DNA of 64,000 nt from Chamaesiphon sp. (lineage in GTDB: Bacteria; Cyanobacteriota; Cyanobacteriia; Cyanobacteriales; Chamaesiphonaceae), in the NCBI GenBank assembly GCA_965246715.1, contig CBDFFH010000034.1, positions 92,316 through 156,315 of the forward strand, written 5' to 3'. This document shows positions 30,091 to 40,821 of this stretch, one piece after another (the stretch's first letter is position 1; every line of letters starts with the position of its first letter). A model generated the notes under the pieces. The model searched no databases and was not told where the DNA came from. It saw only the letters and a program-made list of their open reading frames with translations. The translations under genes and the position numbers were made by a program.

Positions 30091-30366
30091 CTAGTGATGA
30101 CGATCGCAGGGCGGATGCTCTTCATCAACGATCTTACTACTACGATCGCCAGAAATCTCCGGTACGGGATCGTAGCCGCCAGGATGGAAGGGATTGCACC
30201 GGAGAATCCGCATGATGGCGCGATAACTACCAGAGATCGCACCAAACCTGTCGATCGACTCGATCGCATATTGAGAGCAAGTCGGCATAAATCTACAACT
30301 AGGCGGAAATAACGGCGAAATAAACTTACGATATCCCTGTACCAACCAGATTAATAGCTTTTTCAT
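30091..30366 (-). CDS. yidD: membrane protein insertion efficiency factor YidD
   Basis: [10 protein letters not shown] and [17 protein letters not shown] motifs. Confidence 0.93.
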   Translation of the reverse strand: MKKLLIWLVQGYRKFISPLFPPSCRFMPTCSQYAIESIDRFGAISGSYRAIMRILRCNPFHPGGYDPVPEISGDRSSKIVDEEHPPCDRHH

Positions 30367-30511
30367 ATCACTATTTTAGTCTAACGATCGTTCCTACCGC
30401 TACCTAATATTGTCGAGTAGGCAGTGTCCAGCTTCAGGGTTTGAGTCTAATCCTAACTAGCGAATTTTTGTGTGGATTAATTACTATTGTTATTGAGCAA
30501 TTTGGGTCTGA

Positions 30512-31915
30512 CTAATTAGATTTTGCAACATATAAATAGACATCATCTTGGTGATAATTGAGGTTGAATGCTTGAGAACTCTCAACTCGCGCTTTGATTT
30601 TTTGAACTGTTTCGGTATCGCTATTCCACCCTGGATGTCGTTCGTTTAATAATATGTATTTAAATGGTTTGAGATCGATCGCGGCATTTTCCTTAAAAGT
30701 CAACATAATTACCGGGCGATGAGTTAGATGTGGTGATATCTCCCCAACGGTCAATACCGCGCCGGCATCTTTAATTTTGGTAATTGCAACTGTCGTAGCT
30801 CGATTGGTATCGATCGAGGATAAATAAGTAGACCAAAAATAGCCGATCTTACTCAATAATATAAAGGCGATCGTCGACCAGATTAAAATATTTCGTCGTG
30901 TTTTCAAAAAAGATCGATCGGCAGCAACAGTGCCAATAATTGCGATGAATAGAAATGGTAAAATTGGCAAAGAGTATTGATGGACTAAATTTCTTTGGGT
31001 AGAAGCTGTGGACAAAATATTCATCACCAGCATCGGAATCGTACTAATTAACGGCGCTAGTTTTTGGGGAGATAATCCCCAAGCTAAAGGGAGAATCAGG
31101 AAGGCAAGATATTCTAAAGTATCGCTAGAAAATATTTTCCCTAGCACTAAATTAGGCTTAAAGAGTAGATTTTTGGCTATTTCGCCAATCGAACTGCCGA
31201 GATAACTATATCTGGATACGGCGGCTGGTTCTGTACCACTAAATGCTGGAATAATTAACTGGGTAGCGATAATAAACCATGATAATCCGAGCAGTATGGC
31301 GATCGCCCCATACATTCTCCGCTTTTCAAAGAAAATCAGCCATATCCCCATCGCAATCACAGTCAATGATAGTACAGCTTTGCAACTTAAAATCGCGATC
31401 GTTGCCAGTATAAATAAGAGCGTGCGATGACTTCTAGCAGCTAAAATCGCAATGAAAAACCCTGGTAATGCGATTACTTCTGGATGAAAATCAAATAGGC
31501 TTTTATTGAATACCAGTGGATATAGTAGATAAGTAAAGACAATCGTTGTCGATTGGAAACTATTTATACCTGCTTGTAAAGATAGATAATAAAGCGGAAA
31601 TCCAGCACCTGCTAAAGCTACTGCTTGGATCGCAAACAACCAATGGACATCAGGATAAATCCAATACAATAAAGCGATTGGGTAAAAAATTATCGCAGCA
31701 TGGTCGCCCAGAATATGAAAGCCACCGAAAGAGACGATCGGGTTTTGACCTGTAGCAATTAAATAAACTGCTTGGTCGAACCAACCGAGATCGTAACCAT
31801 GCGATTGATAGAGCCAATGGCGCAAACTACTACAACTAAAAAAGATTGCCCCAGCAACACCGATCCCGATTGTCACTGGATAAGATTTAAACCAATTGCT
31901 CCTGAGTAACGGCAT
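30512..31915 (-). CDS. DUF2079 family membrane protein (GT-C-like)
   Basis: YDLGWFDQ, LGDH and FDFHPE motifs; many TM segments. Confidence 0.85.
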   Translation of the reverse strand: MPLLRSNWFKSYPVTIGIGVAGAIFFSCSSLRHWLYQSHGYDLGWFDQAVYLIATGQNPIVSFGGFHILGDHAAIIFYPIALLYWIYPDVHWLFAIQAVALAGAGFPLYYLSLQAGINSFQSTTIVFTYLLYPLVFNKSLFDFHPEVIALPGFFIAILAARSHRTLLFILATIAILSCKAVLSLTVIAMGIWLIFFEKRRMYGAIAILLGLSWFIIATQLIIPAFSGTEPAAVSRYSYLGSSIGEIAKNLLFKPNLVLGKIFSSDTLEYLAFLILPLAWGLSPQKLAPLISTIPMLVMNILSTASTQRNLVHQYSLPILPFLFIAIIGTVAADRSFLKTRRNILIWSTIAFILLSKIGYFWSTYLSSIDTNRATTVAITKIKDAGAVLTVGEISPHLTHRPVIMLTFKENAAIDLKPFKYILLNERHPGWNSDTETVQKIKARVESSQAFNLNYHQDDVYLYVAKSN

Positions 31916-32111
31916 AAAATAATTTATAGGTTAGTGTTGGCGAGAGCGTCGATTTTAGATTTAGAACATCTCGATCTATGCCTGCATAACCAGGCTCACT
32001 ATAAATAAATACAAAAGCCCAAATAAGTGTAAGTATTATTAATGGAAGTAGAAAACATCTGAACTAATGTATTGCTTCGTCACAATCTGCATCGATAGTT
32101 TCCCCAATACC

Positions 32112-32807
32112 ATGCGCATAGCTTTCACTGACTCCAACCTCTGGTTCCGGATTTTCACAGTACCAGTATATGTTGGCGCGATCGTGCTCACCGCCGAACT
32201 ACTTCATCGCTATACCGCCACCTCCCCCGAACAAGTTCGCAAAGTAGTGCATATCGGCACGGGTAATGTAATTTTACTAGCTTGGTTGCTGCAACTTCCT
32301 ACTTGGGTGGGAATTGCTTCAGCGGCTGTAGCGGCGATTGTCACGCTGATTTCCTATCGCTTGCCAATTTTACCAGGGGTGAATAGCGTCGGGCGCAAGA
32401 GTCTGGGGACGTTTTTTTATGCGGTGAGTATCGGCGCATTAACGGCAGTATTCTGGCCGTTGCAACTCCCATATTATGCGGTCATTGGAATTTTAATTAT
32501 GGCTTGGGGTGATGGATTGGCGGCGATTATCGGTCAGAAATACGGCAAGCATCCTTACACGATCGTCGGCAATACCAAGAGCTGGGAAGGGACACTAACG
32601 ATGCTAATCGTCAGTTATACGATCGTGTCGCTCGTGTTACTAAGCGTGCAGGGGAATATTTGGCAAACTTGGGTAGTCGGCATTCCAGTAGCAATTGTGG
32701 CGACAGCAGTAGAATCGATCGCGCAGTGGGGTTTGGATAATCTCACGGTTCCCTTAAGCGGTGCTGGTTTAGCCTATATCCTCAACCAGTTGCTGATTAC
32801 AGCATAA
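32112..32807 (+). CDS. phytol/dolichol kinase family protein (VTE5/SEC59-like)
   Basis: RKVVHIG, GDGLAAIIG, KSWEGT and DNLTVPL motifs. Confidence 0.88.
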   Translation: MRIAFTDSNLWFRIFTVPVYVGAIVLTAELLHRYTATSPEQVRKVVHIGTGNVILLAWLLQLPTWVGIASAAVAAIVTLISYRLPILPGVNSVGRKSLGTFFYAVSIGALTAVFWPLQLPYYAVIGILIMAWGDGLAAIIGQKYGKHPYTIVGNTKSWEGTLTMLIVSYTIVSLVLLSVQGNIWQTWVVGIPVAIVATAVESIAQWGLDNLTVPLSGAGLAYILNQLLITA

Positions 32808-32873
32808 TCTACACATATCTACACATATAGGTATTCACTACTGAGGATTGATGTCAAGTTTTCCCACGTTAGG

Positions 32874-33158
32874 ATGAACTCAAGCACTTACACAGTAGAC
32901 AAATTTATGAAAGTTGTAAATATTAACGTTGCCCCCACCCCTCCTGTATTAGGCGAGCCAGTAGTTTTTCAGCCCAAATTTAACGACCACAGTGAGACAT
33001 TGAGTGCGACCCGGGCTTGGTCGTTGTTTTTCACTGGTGGGAAATCCGAATTGGCACTCGGTTCCGAGCCAGTCTTCGGGCGAGCTGCGACTGCAGCAAC
33101 TGTGGCGATTGCCGCTGTAGGCGTGATCTCTTCAGTAGTCCTAGTTGGTGTATTCTAA
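32874..33158 (+). CDS. small hypothetical membrane protein
   Basis: ORF with C-terminal TM helix followed by a terminator. Confidence 0.6.
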   Translation: MNSSTYTVDKFMKVVNINVAPTPPVLGEPVVFQPKFNDHSETLSATRAWSLFFTGGKSELALGSEPVFGRAATAATVAIAAVGVISSVVLVGVF

Positions 33159-33189
33159 TTCGGTCGCTCGTGCCATCAAAATCAATTAC

Positions 33190-33231
33190 AAAATATAGAG
33201 ACTCGATCGCCGATCGAGTCTCTATATTTTT
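33190..33231 (+). terminator. Rho-independent terminator
   Basis: AAATATAGAGACTCGATCG/CGATCGAGTCTCTATATTT inverted repeat plus T-run. Confidence 0.7.
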
Positions 33232-33370
33232 GTGCCGATCGGCGATCGGTCACAATATAAAGAGCCAAACCCTCGTAAAATAGTTGAGACAAGGATTTTG
33301 CCCCATTAGCGTAGCCTCCGCTGCGCGGAATCGCGGGGAAGATCGTCCCGCCCTCCACTTTCTAGCACCA

Positions 33371-34294
33371 ATGACTAGTACCCAAAATATCACCGATGCG
33401 CCGATCGCCACGTTCGATCTGGTAGCATATCTGGCCGAGCGACAGCCTCGCGTCGAAGCGGCTTTAGATGCAGCGATCCGCCCTGCCTACCCCGACACGA
33501 TCTACGCCGCGATGAGGTACTCATTATTGGCTGGTGGTAAGCGGCTGCGACCGATCTTGTGTTTGGCTAGTTGTGAAGCGATCGGTGGTAGCATAGATGT
33601 AGCTATGCCAACAGCTTGCGCCCTAGAGATGATTCATACCATGTCACTGATTCATGACGATTTACCCGCCATGGACAATGATGATTATCGGCGTGGTAAG
33701 TTAACCAATCACAAAGTTTATGGCGAAGACATCGCGATCTTGGCCGGCGATGGGTTATTGGCTTATGCTTTCGAGCATGTCGCCACCCAAACCCAGGGCG
33801 CTAATCCCGATCGCCTCATCAAAACGATCGCGCATTTAGCTAGAGCAGTCGGTGCAAATGGATTAGTCGGCGGACAAGTGGTAGATTTGGAGTCGGAAGG
33901 CAAAGCAGATATCACCGTCGAGACCCTGACTTATATCCACCAACACAAAACTGGCGCGCTGCTCGAATCATCGGTTGTTTGTGGCGGGCTGCTCGCAGGT
34001 GCAACCGCAGTAGAAATCGAAAAATTAGCTCGGTTCGCTCGCAATATTGGTTTGGCTTTCCAGATCGTCGATGATATCCTCGATCTGACGGCGACTCAAG
34101 CCGAGCTGGGTAAAACTCCTGGTAAAGACTTGGAAGCTCAAAAAGCTACTTATCCCAAATTGTGGGGATTGGAAGAATCCAAACTTCAAGCCGACAAACT
34201 CGTTGCTGAAGCTAAAACTATTTTGACCGAATTTGGCGATCGCGCGATTCCGTTGCAAGCTTTAGCCGACTACATTACCGCTCGCAAAAACTAA
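33371..34294 (+). CDS. crtE: geranylgeranyl diphosphate synthase
   Basis: GGKRLRP, DDLPAMD, HKTGAL and FQIVDD motifs. Confidence 0.95.
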   Translation: MTSTQNITDAPIATFDLVAYLAERQPRVEAALDAAIRPAYPDTIYAAMRYSLLAGGKRLRPILCLASCEAIGGSIDVAMPTACALEMIHTMSLIHDDLPAMDNDDYRRGKLTNHKVYGEDIAILAGDGLLAYAFEHVATQTQGANPDRLIKTIAHLARAVGANGLVGGQVVDLESEGKADITVETLTYIHQHKTGALLESSVVCGGLLAGATAVEIEKLARFARNIGLAFQIVDDILDLTATQAELGKTPGKDLEAQKATYPKLWGLEESKLQADKLVAEAKTILTEFGDRAIPLQALADYITARKN

Positions 34295-34334
34295 CTTCCC
34301 CTTGCTTCATTCCTCCTCATTTTAGGTCATTTGC

Positions 34335-34814
34335 GTGGTTAATCAGGCAGCCCCTCTTCTAAACGATATCAGTCAAATTTTGGACAATCAGATTTTGCTA
34401 GTCGCAGTCGCTGCTTGTCTGATCGCGCAAGCGATCAAACTGACGATCGATACGCTCCAAAATGGTAAAGTTAGCGTCAAAGTTTTAACCACAACCGGCG
34501 GGATGCCGAGCGCCCACTCAGCGCTAGTTACCGCGCTCGCAGCTGGAGTCGGGCAAAGTTTGGGCTGGAAGAGTGCCGAATTTGCGATCGCGACAATTTT
34601 TGCGATCGTCGTGATGTACGATGCCGCTGGAGTCCGTCAAGCCGCCGGGAAACAAGCCCGCATTCTCAATCAAATGATCGATGAATTATTTTCTGACGAC
34701 CATAAATTTAATGAAGAGAAACTCAAAGAATTATTAGGACATACCCCCGTCCAAGTAATTGCCGGTGCTGTGTTGGGAATCGCGATTTCATGGCTATTTT
34801 CTGTCGTTGGTTAA
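34335..34814 (+). CDS. divergent PAP2 family protein
   Basis: GGMPSAHS, MYDAAGVR and LGHTP motifs. Confidence 0.9.
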   Translation: MVNQAAPLLNDISQILDNQILLVAVAACLIAQAIKLTIDTLQNGKVSVKVLTTTGGMPSAHSALVTALAAGVGQSLGWKSAEFAIATIFAIVVMYDAAGVRQAAGKQARILNQMIDELFSDDHKFNEEKLKELLGHTPVQVIAGAVLGIAISWLFSVVG

Positions 34815-35222
34815 AGCGCGACGAATTATTTGCTCAAGCGTGGAAGTTTAACGATCGGAAATTCAAAAAATCTGCACACATGCATACAACCGATCGTGCT
34901 CGCAAGCTGTCTTAGGCGGTGCGGTTGCTCGGCTATTGCTAGTGATTCGATCGCCAGAAATATCGCATGTTTACGGTAATCCGAACGAACACCTCGACAT
35001 ATCCTCACAGCTATTTTCAATCTAAATTTGGAGTGGTAGCAGTAATAATTATCAAATCTAAATTTTTGATGAAATTCAGCAAAATAAAGTTTGACAAGCT
35101 ATACAATTATGGGGTACAAGTATAAAAGAGAACTTCTACCGCGCACAGCAATTCTAAGTTAGAACCAGTATTCAGTGGGAAGTCAATCTTAATTAAGCAT
35201 TAGAGCAATTAAATCTATATCT

Positions 35223-35441
35223 ATGACTCAGCAAGTGCTTCACCCAATGGTGAAAATGCAACGTCAAGTTGAATCTTTGGTAGCATCCAAGATTCTCAAA
35301 ACTACCGATGGAATTTGGAAAATCGCCTTTTTGTATGGCGACAAATGGCAACACTGGAAAAACGAACTGCTCGACTTTGGGTTTACCCTCCAAGATCCAG
35401 TTAGCGCTCTCCTCGAAGTCGAAGCTTGGGACGAAGAATAA
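35223..35441 (+). CDS. DUF4327 family protein
   Basis: HPMVKMQRQV..IWKIAFLYG..W..E pattern. Confidence 0.8.
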   Translation: MTQQVLHPMVKMQRQVESLVASKILKTTDGIWKIAFLYGDKWQHWKNELLDFGFTLQDPVSALLEVEAWDEE

Positions 35442-35993
35442 ATAATCGGTAACTTGTAATTGGTAATTGGGCGTTGCTCGATTGCGGCATGAAATGCCTT
35501 GGAAATTGAATCGAACAAGTGAGAAGTAAGCGCCAGTAGCAGTTCTCATGCTGGATCTCTGAATCGATCGCGCTAAGATTACAACCATCGAATTCGCCGA
35601 TCGAGATATGTTGCCACAGGATGATTACCCTGGCACGAGTAAATTACAATTTTCGACACGCATCATATTGTTAATCTATCCCGATCTAGAGATGTGAGGA
35701 GCGAATATACGGTCGCTCCTCACAGATCGCTTTGCCCTTATTCATTAATATCAGCTCGCCCGTTCGAGATTGCGAGCGAGCAAGTTTTGAATAGGATGGA
35801 ATGTTTTTTCGATCGCAATTAGCAGTTAAGATCGCTCAGGCGCTCGTAGAGATCCACATTCAGCTATAATACCTAGCTCAACTGCCAATAACTTTCCGGA
35901 ATTGAGGCTCGATCGATTGAAGTGTATGGGTATATACTTCGCGAGTACGGATCGATCGCGACACAGCGACCTAAAACTAAAACTTTAAATAAA

Positions 35994-37604
35994 ATGGCTA
36001 AAAAAGGTATTATTACTGCGGCATTATTAGTAACTGCTGCTGGCGCTGGGTTTGCTGGCTATAAATACCTGCATGGGGAGAGTCAGCCAGTCGATTTAGC
36101 GTCAGTGATTCCAGCGGATGCTTATTTCGCGGCATATATTTCTAACGAACCAGCGGCATGGACGAAGTTACAAAAATTTGGCACGCCAGCAGCTCAAAAA
36201 ATTATTAGCCAACAATTAACCGAATTACAGCAGAAGTTTCTCTCAGATACCAAAATGGACTATGCCAAGGATCTGCAACCTTGGATGGGGAATGTGATGG
36301 TAGCTGCCTTACCCGATGCCAATAGCAAAACCACCGAACCCCAAGTAATCGTCGCCATCGGTGTTAAAGATAAACTTAAAGCACTAGACTTTGCCAACAA
36401 AGTTAAAGCCCAGAGTAAAGAACCAAGCAAAGAAATCGATTATAAAGGGGTGAAAATTACCGATACAGGTAAAGGTAAAAACGAAACATTTAGCGCTCTA
36501 GTCAACGACGAACTCGTCATCTCGCCCCAGCAGCATAGCGTGGAACTAGCGATCGATACTGCCAAAGGCTCGTCATCGCTTGCTAACAAAACAGGTAACG
36601 ATTGGTTTAAAGGCGATACTCTGCAGCTCAAGCAGCCGATTATGGCATTTTATGTGCCGGACTTCACTCAATTCGTGCAACAGTCACTCAAATATGGCAA
36701 AACTCCAATGCCGATCGATTCAGCTACTCTGGTAGAAATGAAGAAGATTCAATCGATCGGTTGTGGGATCGCGATCGATGACGCGGGGATTAGGCTCAAA
36801 AGTGTAACCAAAACAGATGGTACCACGCTAACTCTGCCAACTTTTGCAGCAAAAAGCACCAGTAACTTTCCTGCCGATACTTTCGCCATTGCTGGTGGGA
36901 CTGGGATTTCACAGATTTGGACAGAAATTAATCGGCTCTACTCAACAAACCCCAGCACAAAAGCAAGTATGGCGCAACTGCGCCAGGAATTTACTAAGTC
37001 TACCCAGTTAGATTTGGATAAAGATGTGTTCGGTTGGATGGGTGGTGAGTATAGCTTGGGAATGGTACCTGTATCTGGTGGCATCACCGCAGCCGCTGGT
37101 TTTGGTGGTGCATTGTCGATCGAGAGTACCGATAAAGCTACTACCGACAATACGATGACCAAATTGACAAATATTGCCAAAGGTTATGGGCTACAAGCAG
37201 AACAACGCCAATTCGCGGGTAAAACCGTTACCGACCTAAAAATCCCCGGACAAGGGGCAATCTTGAGCTACGGTTGGTTGAACGACAAATCGATGTTACT
37301 AGCAGTCGGCGATGGTTTAATCGATAAGATGGCCAAGCCTGCTGGTGAAACACTCGATCGGAGTGCAAATTACTCCACCATTCTCAGTACCATGCCCCTA
37401 GATAAGCAAAGCTATTTCTATCTTGACATTGAGAAAGTTTCGGCGCTGTTCGGGTCGAAATTAGCTGCTGTTTCTGGTAAACCGATGCCTGCTGATGTCG
37501 ATGCCGTAGTCAGTTCGATCCGTGGCATCGGGATGACTTCTGTACAAGTAGACAAAGCTACCAATAAATTTGAAGCGCTCTTAGCCTTGAAGGAGGCAAA
37601 GTAG
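35994..37604 (+). CDS. DUF3352 domain protein
   Basis: N-terminal TM anchor; FGTP; DLQPWMG; YKGV; WMGGE. Confidence 0.85.
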   Translation: MAKKGIITAALLVTAAGAGFAGYKYLHGESQPVDLASVIPADAYFAAYISNEPAAWTKLQKFGTPAAQKIISQQLTELQQKFLSDTKMDYAKDLQPWMGNVMVAALPDANSKTTEPQVIVAIGVKDKLKALDFANKVKAQSKEPSKEIDYKGVKITDTGKGKNETFSALVNDELVISPQQHSVELAIDTAKGSSSLANKTGNDWFKGDTLQLKQPIMAFYVPDFTQFVQQSLKYGKTPMPIDSATLVEMKKIQSIGCGIAIDDAGIRLKSVTKTDGTTLTLPTFAAKSTSNFPADTFAIAGGTGISQIWTEINRLYSTNPSTKASMAQLRQEFTKSTQLDLDKDVFGWMGGEYSLGMVPVSGGITAAAGFGGALSIESTDKATTDNTMTKLTNIAKGYGLQAEQRQFAGKTVTDLKIPGQGAILSYGWLNDKSMLLAVGDGLIDKMAKPAGETLDRSANYSTILSTMPLDKQSYFYLDIEKVSALFGSKLAAVSGKPMPADVDAVVSSIRGIGMTSVQVDKATNKFEALLALKEAK

Positions 37605-37618
37605 AAGGCTAGCGGGTT

Positions 37619-37662
37619 AAATTCCCCTCCTTAGAGGGGTGCCCGACAGGGCGGGGTGGGTC
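37619..37662. repeat. dispersed AAATTCCCCTCC..GAGGGG repeat
   Basis: Related copies at 28761-28782 and 60156-60190. Confidence 0.6.
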
Positions 37663-37769
37663 AGATCTACGCTTGAATTTTCACCGCCCACACTTGCAAC
37701 CCGCAGCATCCCCCCACACCTCTCACACTCCGACTAAAATGGGAAGAATAGGTCAAAAGTAGGGAAATT

Positions 37770-38861
37770 ATGTCAACATTGGCAGCGATCGGTGTTTTAG
37801 CAGTATTAATTTTTGTCCACGAACTCGGACACTTTTTGGCAGCCCGATTGCAGGGAATTTATGCCAATAAATTTTCGATTGGGTTTGGGCCAGTATTATT
37901 TAAATACCAAGGCAAAGAAACTGAATATGCGCTGCGCGCGTTACCATTGGGGGGCTTTGTGGGCTTTCCCGATGACGATCCCGATAGCGATATTCCCCCC
38001 ACCGATCCGAATTTACTTCGCAATCGACCGATCCTCGATCGCGCGATCGTTATTAGTGCGGGCGTGATTTCCAATCTCATTTTTGCTTATTTTCTGCTGG
38101 TCGTCCAAGTTAGCGTCACTGGTTTTCAACAAGTTAATTATCATCCTGGGGTGGTAGTATCGGGCATTGCTACCGATTTGAGTACGGCAGCAGGTAAAGC
38201 AGGAATTCAAGCCAAAGATATCGTGCTCGCTGTCAATGGTACCGAATTGGGTAGCTCGAAAGCTGCGATCGTCAAGCTGATGTCCGAAATTCACGACCAT
38301 GCCAACCAACCCTTAACTTTTCAGATCCAACGCGGCGCTAAAACTGTCGCTCTCAAAGTTACTCCTGACGCAAATACCGAAGGGAAAGGACAAATTGGGG
38401 TCCAACTCGCGCCCAATGCGGATATTGTCATCGATCGAGCGCAAAACCCGATCGATGCAATGAGCAAAGGTGCTGTGGAATTCGAGCGAGTCGCCGTACT
38501 TACCGTCCAAGGATTGCTGCAGTTAGTGACTAATTTTGGCGAAACTGCTACCCAAATAGCTGGCCCGATCAAAATCGTCGAAATCGGCTCGAACATCGCC
38601 TCCACAAATATCGCTGGATTGCTCCAGTTTGGTGCGTTAATTAGCATCAATCTCGCCGTGATGAATATTTTGCCGTTACCTGCTTTAGATGGCGGTCAGC
38701 TAGCATTTTTGCTGTTTGAAGCTTTACTCGGTAAGCCCTTACCGATGAAACTCCAAGAGACAGTGATGCAAACGGGCTTGTTTTTACTATTAGGATTGGG
38801 TGTATTTCTGGTAATCCGGGATACTGCTAATCTCTCGAGCGTTCAACAATTCTTTAAATAA
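37770..38861 (+). CDS. rseP: RIP metalloprotease RseP
   Basis: HELGH motif, PDZ domain, NILPLPALDGG. Confidence 0.95.
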   Translation: MSTLAAIGVLAVLIFVHELGHFLAARLQGIYANKFSIGFGPVLFKYQGKETEYALRALPLGGFVGFPDDDPDSDIPPTDPNLLRNRPILDRAIVISAGVISNLIFAYFLLVVQVSVTGFQQVNYHPGVVVSGIATDLSTAAGKAGIQAKDIVLAVNGTELGSSKAAIVKLMSEIHDHANQPLTFQIQRGAKTVALKVTPDANTEGKGQIGVQLAPNADIVIDRAQNPIDAMSKGAVEFERVAVLTVQGLLQLVTNFGETATQIAGPIKIVEIGSNIASTNIAGLLQFGALISINLAVMNILPLPALDGGQLAFLLFEALLGKPLPMKLQETVMQTGLFLLLGLGVFLVIRDTANLSSVQQFFK

Positions 38862-39370
38862 CTCTTAAAGATTCTTCGCCCAAGATATCATCGCTATTTA
38901 CAAGAAGTTTGGGCGTTGCTAGATTGAAAAATGAAACCCTCGGTAGGGGCAATTCATAAAGCGGCGGTTTTATTCGGAGGTGCCCTCCGAATAAAAAAAC
39001 CGACAAGACAGCGGCTCCCGCCCGTCGGGATCCCCATTCGTGACAAGTTAAGCTTCAATCGCAATTCTTAAGGAGGTTTGATAATCTAACGCTCTACCGT
39101 TTCATCGGACATTCATCGAGCGAATACATTAGCACTATCGATCGAGATTTATGATATATAGTGTGATGGACTAGGCCACCACTCGATGTATGAATGTTGA
39201 CATTCGATCGAAAACCTTAACTTGTCACAGATGGCCGTGCGATATTAGCAACGATATCGACCATCATGGTTTACAAGTTTACAAACTTAACGGCAGAAGT
39301 TACCGATCGGAGTAACCTGCGTAGAAAGATTTCGATCGTGTAGACGCAATTTTAATCGCTGCGACGATCG

Positions 39371-40654
39371 TTACAATACCGCTCTGCCTAAATAAGATTG
39401 CAATACCTCTGGTATCTCGATCGATCGATCCGATTGCTGATAATTTTCCAAAATCGCCGCCATCGTGCGTCCTACCGCCAAACCCGAACCGTTGAGCGTA
39501 TGGACGAATTGCGTGCCTTTTTTGCCAATTTCCTTAAACCGAATATCGCCGCGCCGCGCTTGGAAATCATAAAAATTAGAACAACTCGAAATTTCTCGAT
39601 ACTTCCCAGCCGATGGCAGCCATACCTCTAAGTCATAGCATTTTGCCGCACTGAAGCCGATATCGCCAGTACAAAGTGCCAAGACGCGATATGGCAATTT
39701 TAATGCTTGGAGGATTGCTTCGGCATTGGAGACAAGCGATTCGTGTTCCTGTTCGGATGTGTCGGGATGGACGAATTTGACTAGCTCGATTTTATTGAAC
39801 TGATGCAACCGAATCAACCCCCGCGTATCGCGCCCCGCACTACCTGCTTCGCGGCGGAAACAGGGTGTATAAGCACAGTGATGGATCGGTAGTCGTTCGC
39901 TATTGAGGATCTCGCCGCGATAGAGATTGGTAACCGGTACCTCGGCGGTGGGAATCAACCAGAGGTCGTCATCGGCACACTTGAAGCCATCTTCAGCAAA
40001 TTTAGGCAACTGTCCCGTCGCTGTCATCGAAGCACTATTGACGAGAATCGGCGGACTGACTTCAGTATAACCAGCCCGAATCTGACGATCGAGCATAAAA
40101 CTAATCAGAGCACGTTCCAACGCTGCACCCGCACCAATCAGTGTCACAAATCTACTCTGAGCCAGTTTCGCGCTGCTCTCAAAATTCATAATCCCCATTT
40201 GCTCGCCGATCTCCCAGTGGGGCAAAATCTCGCGATTGGTGGGCATATATTCGTCGCCCCATTTGCGAACTTCAACATTGTCTGCTTCACTTTTGCCGAT
40301 CGGGGTAGTATCGCTGGGTAGGTTAGGAAGTTGTAAAATCAGCACGTACATCTGCGCCTTAATCTCCCGTTCCGCTGGTTCCAATTCGGCTAATTGTGCC
40401 TTCAAGGCATTCCCTTCATCTTTGAGGGTTTGAACCTCTGGACTAGTTGCGGCTACACCCTGACTCATTTTCATGCCGACGAGTTTCCCGATTTCGTTAC
40501 TCCGTGCCTGAAGTTGACTGCGTTTCAATTCTATTTCCCGCTGCTGCCGATCGAGTGCGAGAATGGGTTGCAGATCGTAAACTCCCGCGCCTCGGCGATC
40601 GAGTTTTTCCTGCACTACTTCTGGATTTTCGCGAATCTGTCTGATGTCCAGCAC
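39371..40654 (-). CDS. serS: serine--tRNA ligase
   Basis: [26 protein letters not shown] and HTLNGSG motifs. Confidence 0.97.
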   Translation of the reverse strand: MLDIRQIRENPEVVQEKLDRRGAGVYDLQPILALDRQQREIELKRSQLQARSNEIGKLVGMKMSQGVAATSPEVQTLKDEGNALKAQLAELEPAEREIKAQMYVLILQLPNLPSDTTPIGKSEADNVEVRKWGDEYMPTNREILPHWEIGEQMGIMNFESSAKLAQSRFVTLIGAGAALERALISFMLDRQIRAGYTEVSPPILVNSASMTATGQLPKFAEDGFKCADDDLWLIPTAEVPVTNLYRGEILNSERLPIHHCAYTPCFRREAGSAGRDTRGLIRLHQFNKIELVKFVHPDTSEQEHESLVSNAEAILQALKLPYRVLALCTGDIGFSAAKCYDLEVWLPSAGKYREISSCSNFYDFQARRGDIRFKEIGKKGTQFVHTLNGSGLAVGRTMAAILENYQQSDRSIEIPEVLQSYLGRAVL

Positions 40655-40821
40655 CGTTTTTTCTCTATCTATGTAGGGTCGTTACTCTATCTTAGGATGT
40701 TTGATGACTTCTCCTTCAGCGCCGATTCGCCTTGGATCTATCCTCTCGATCGATAGTCACAAATAATATCCGAGCAAAACCTCCCATCATCACGAACAGA
40801 CCAAAATGGAATATTCTCAGC

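Noticed and set aside
40655..40821. secG expected downstream of gpmI
   Set aside because: No SecG-like ORF in this gap
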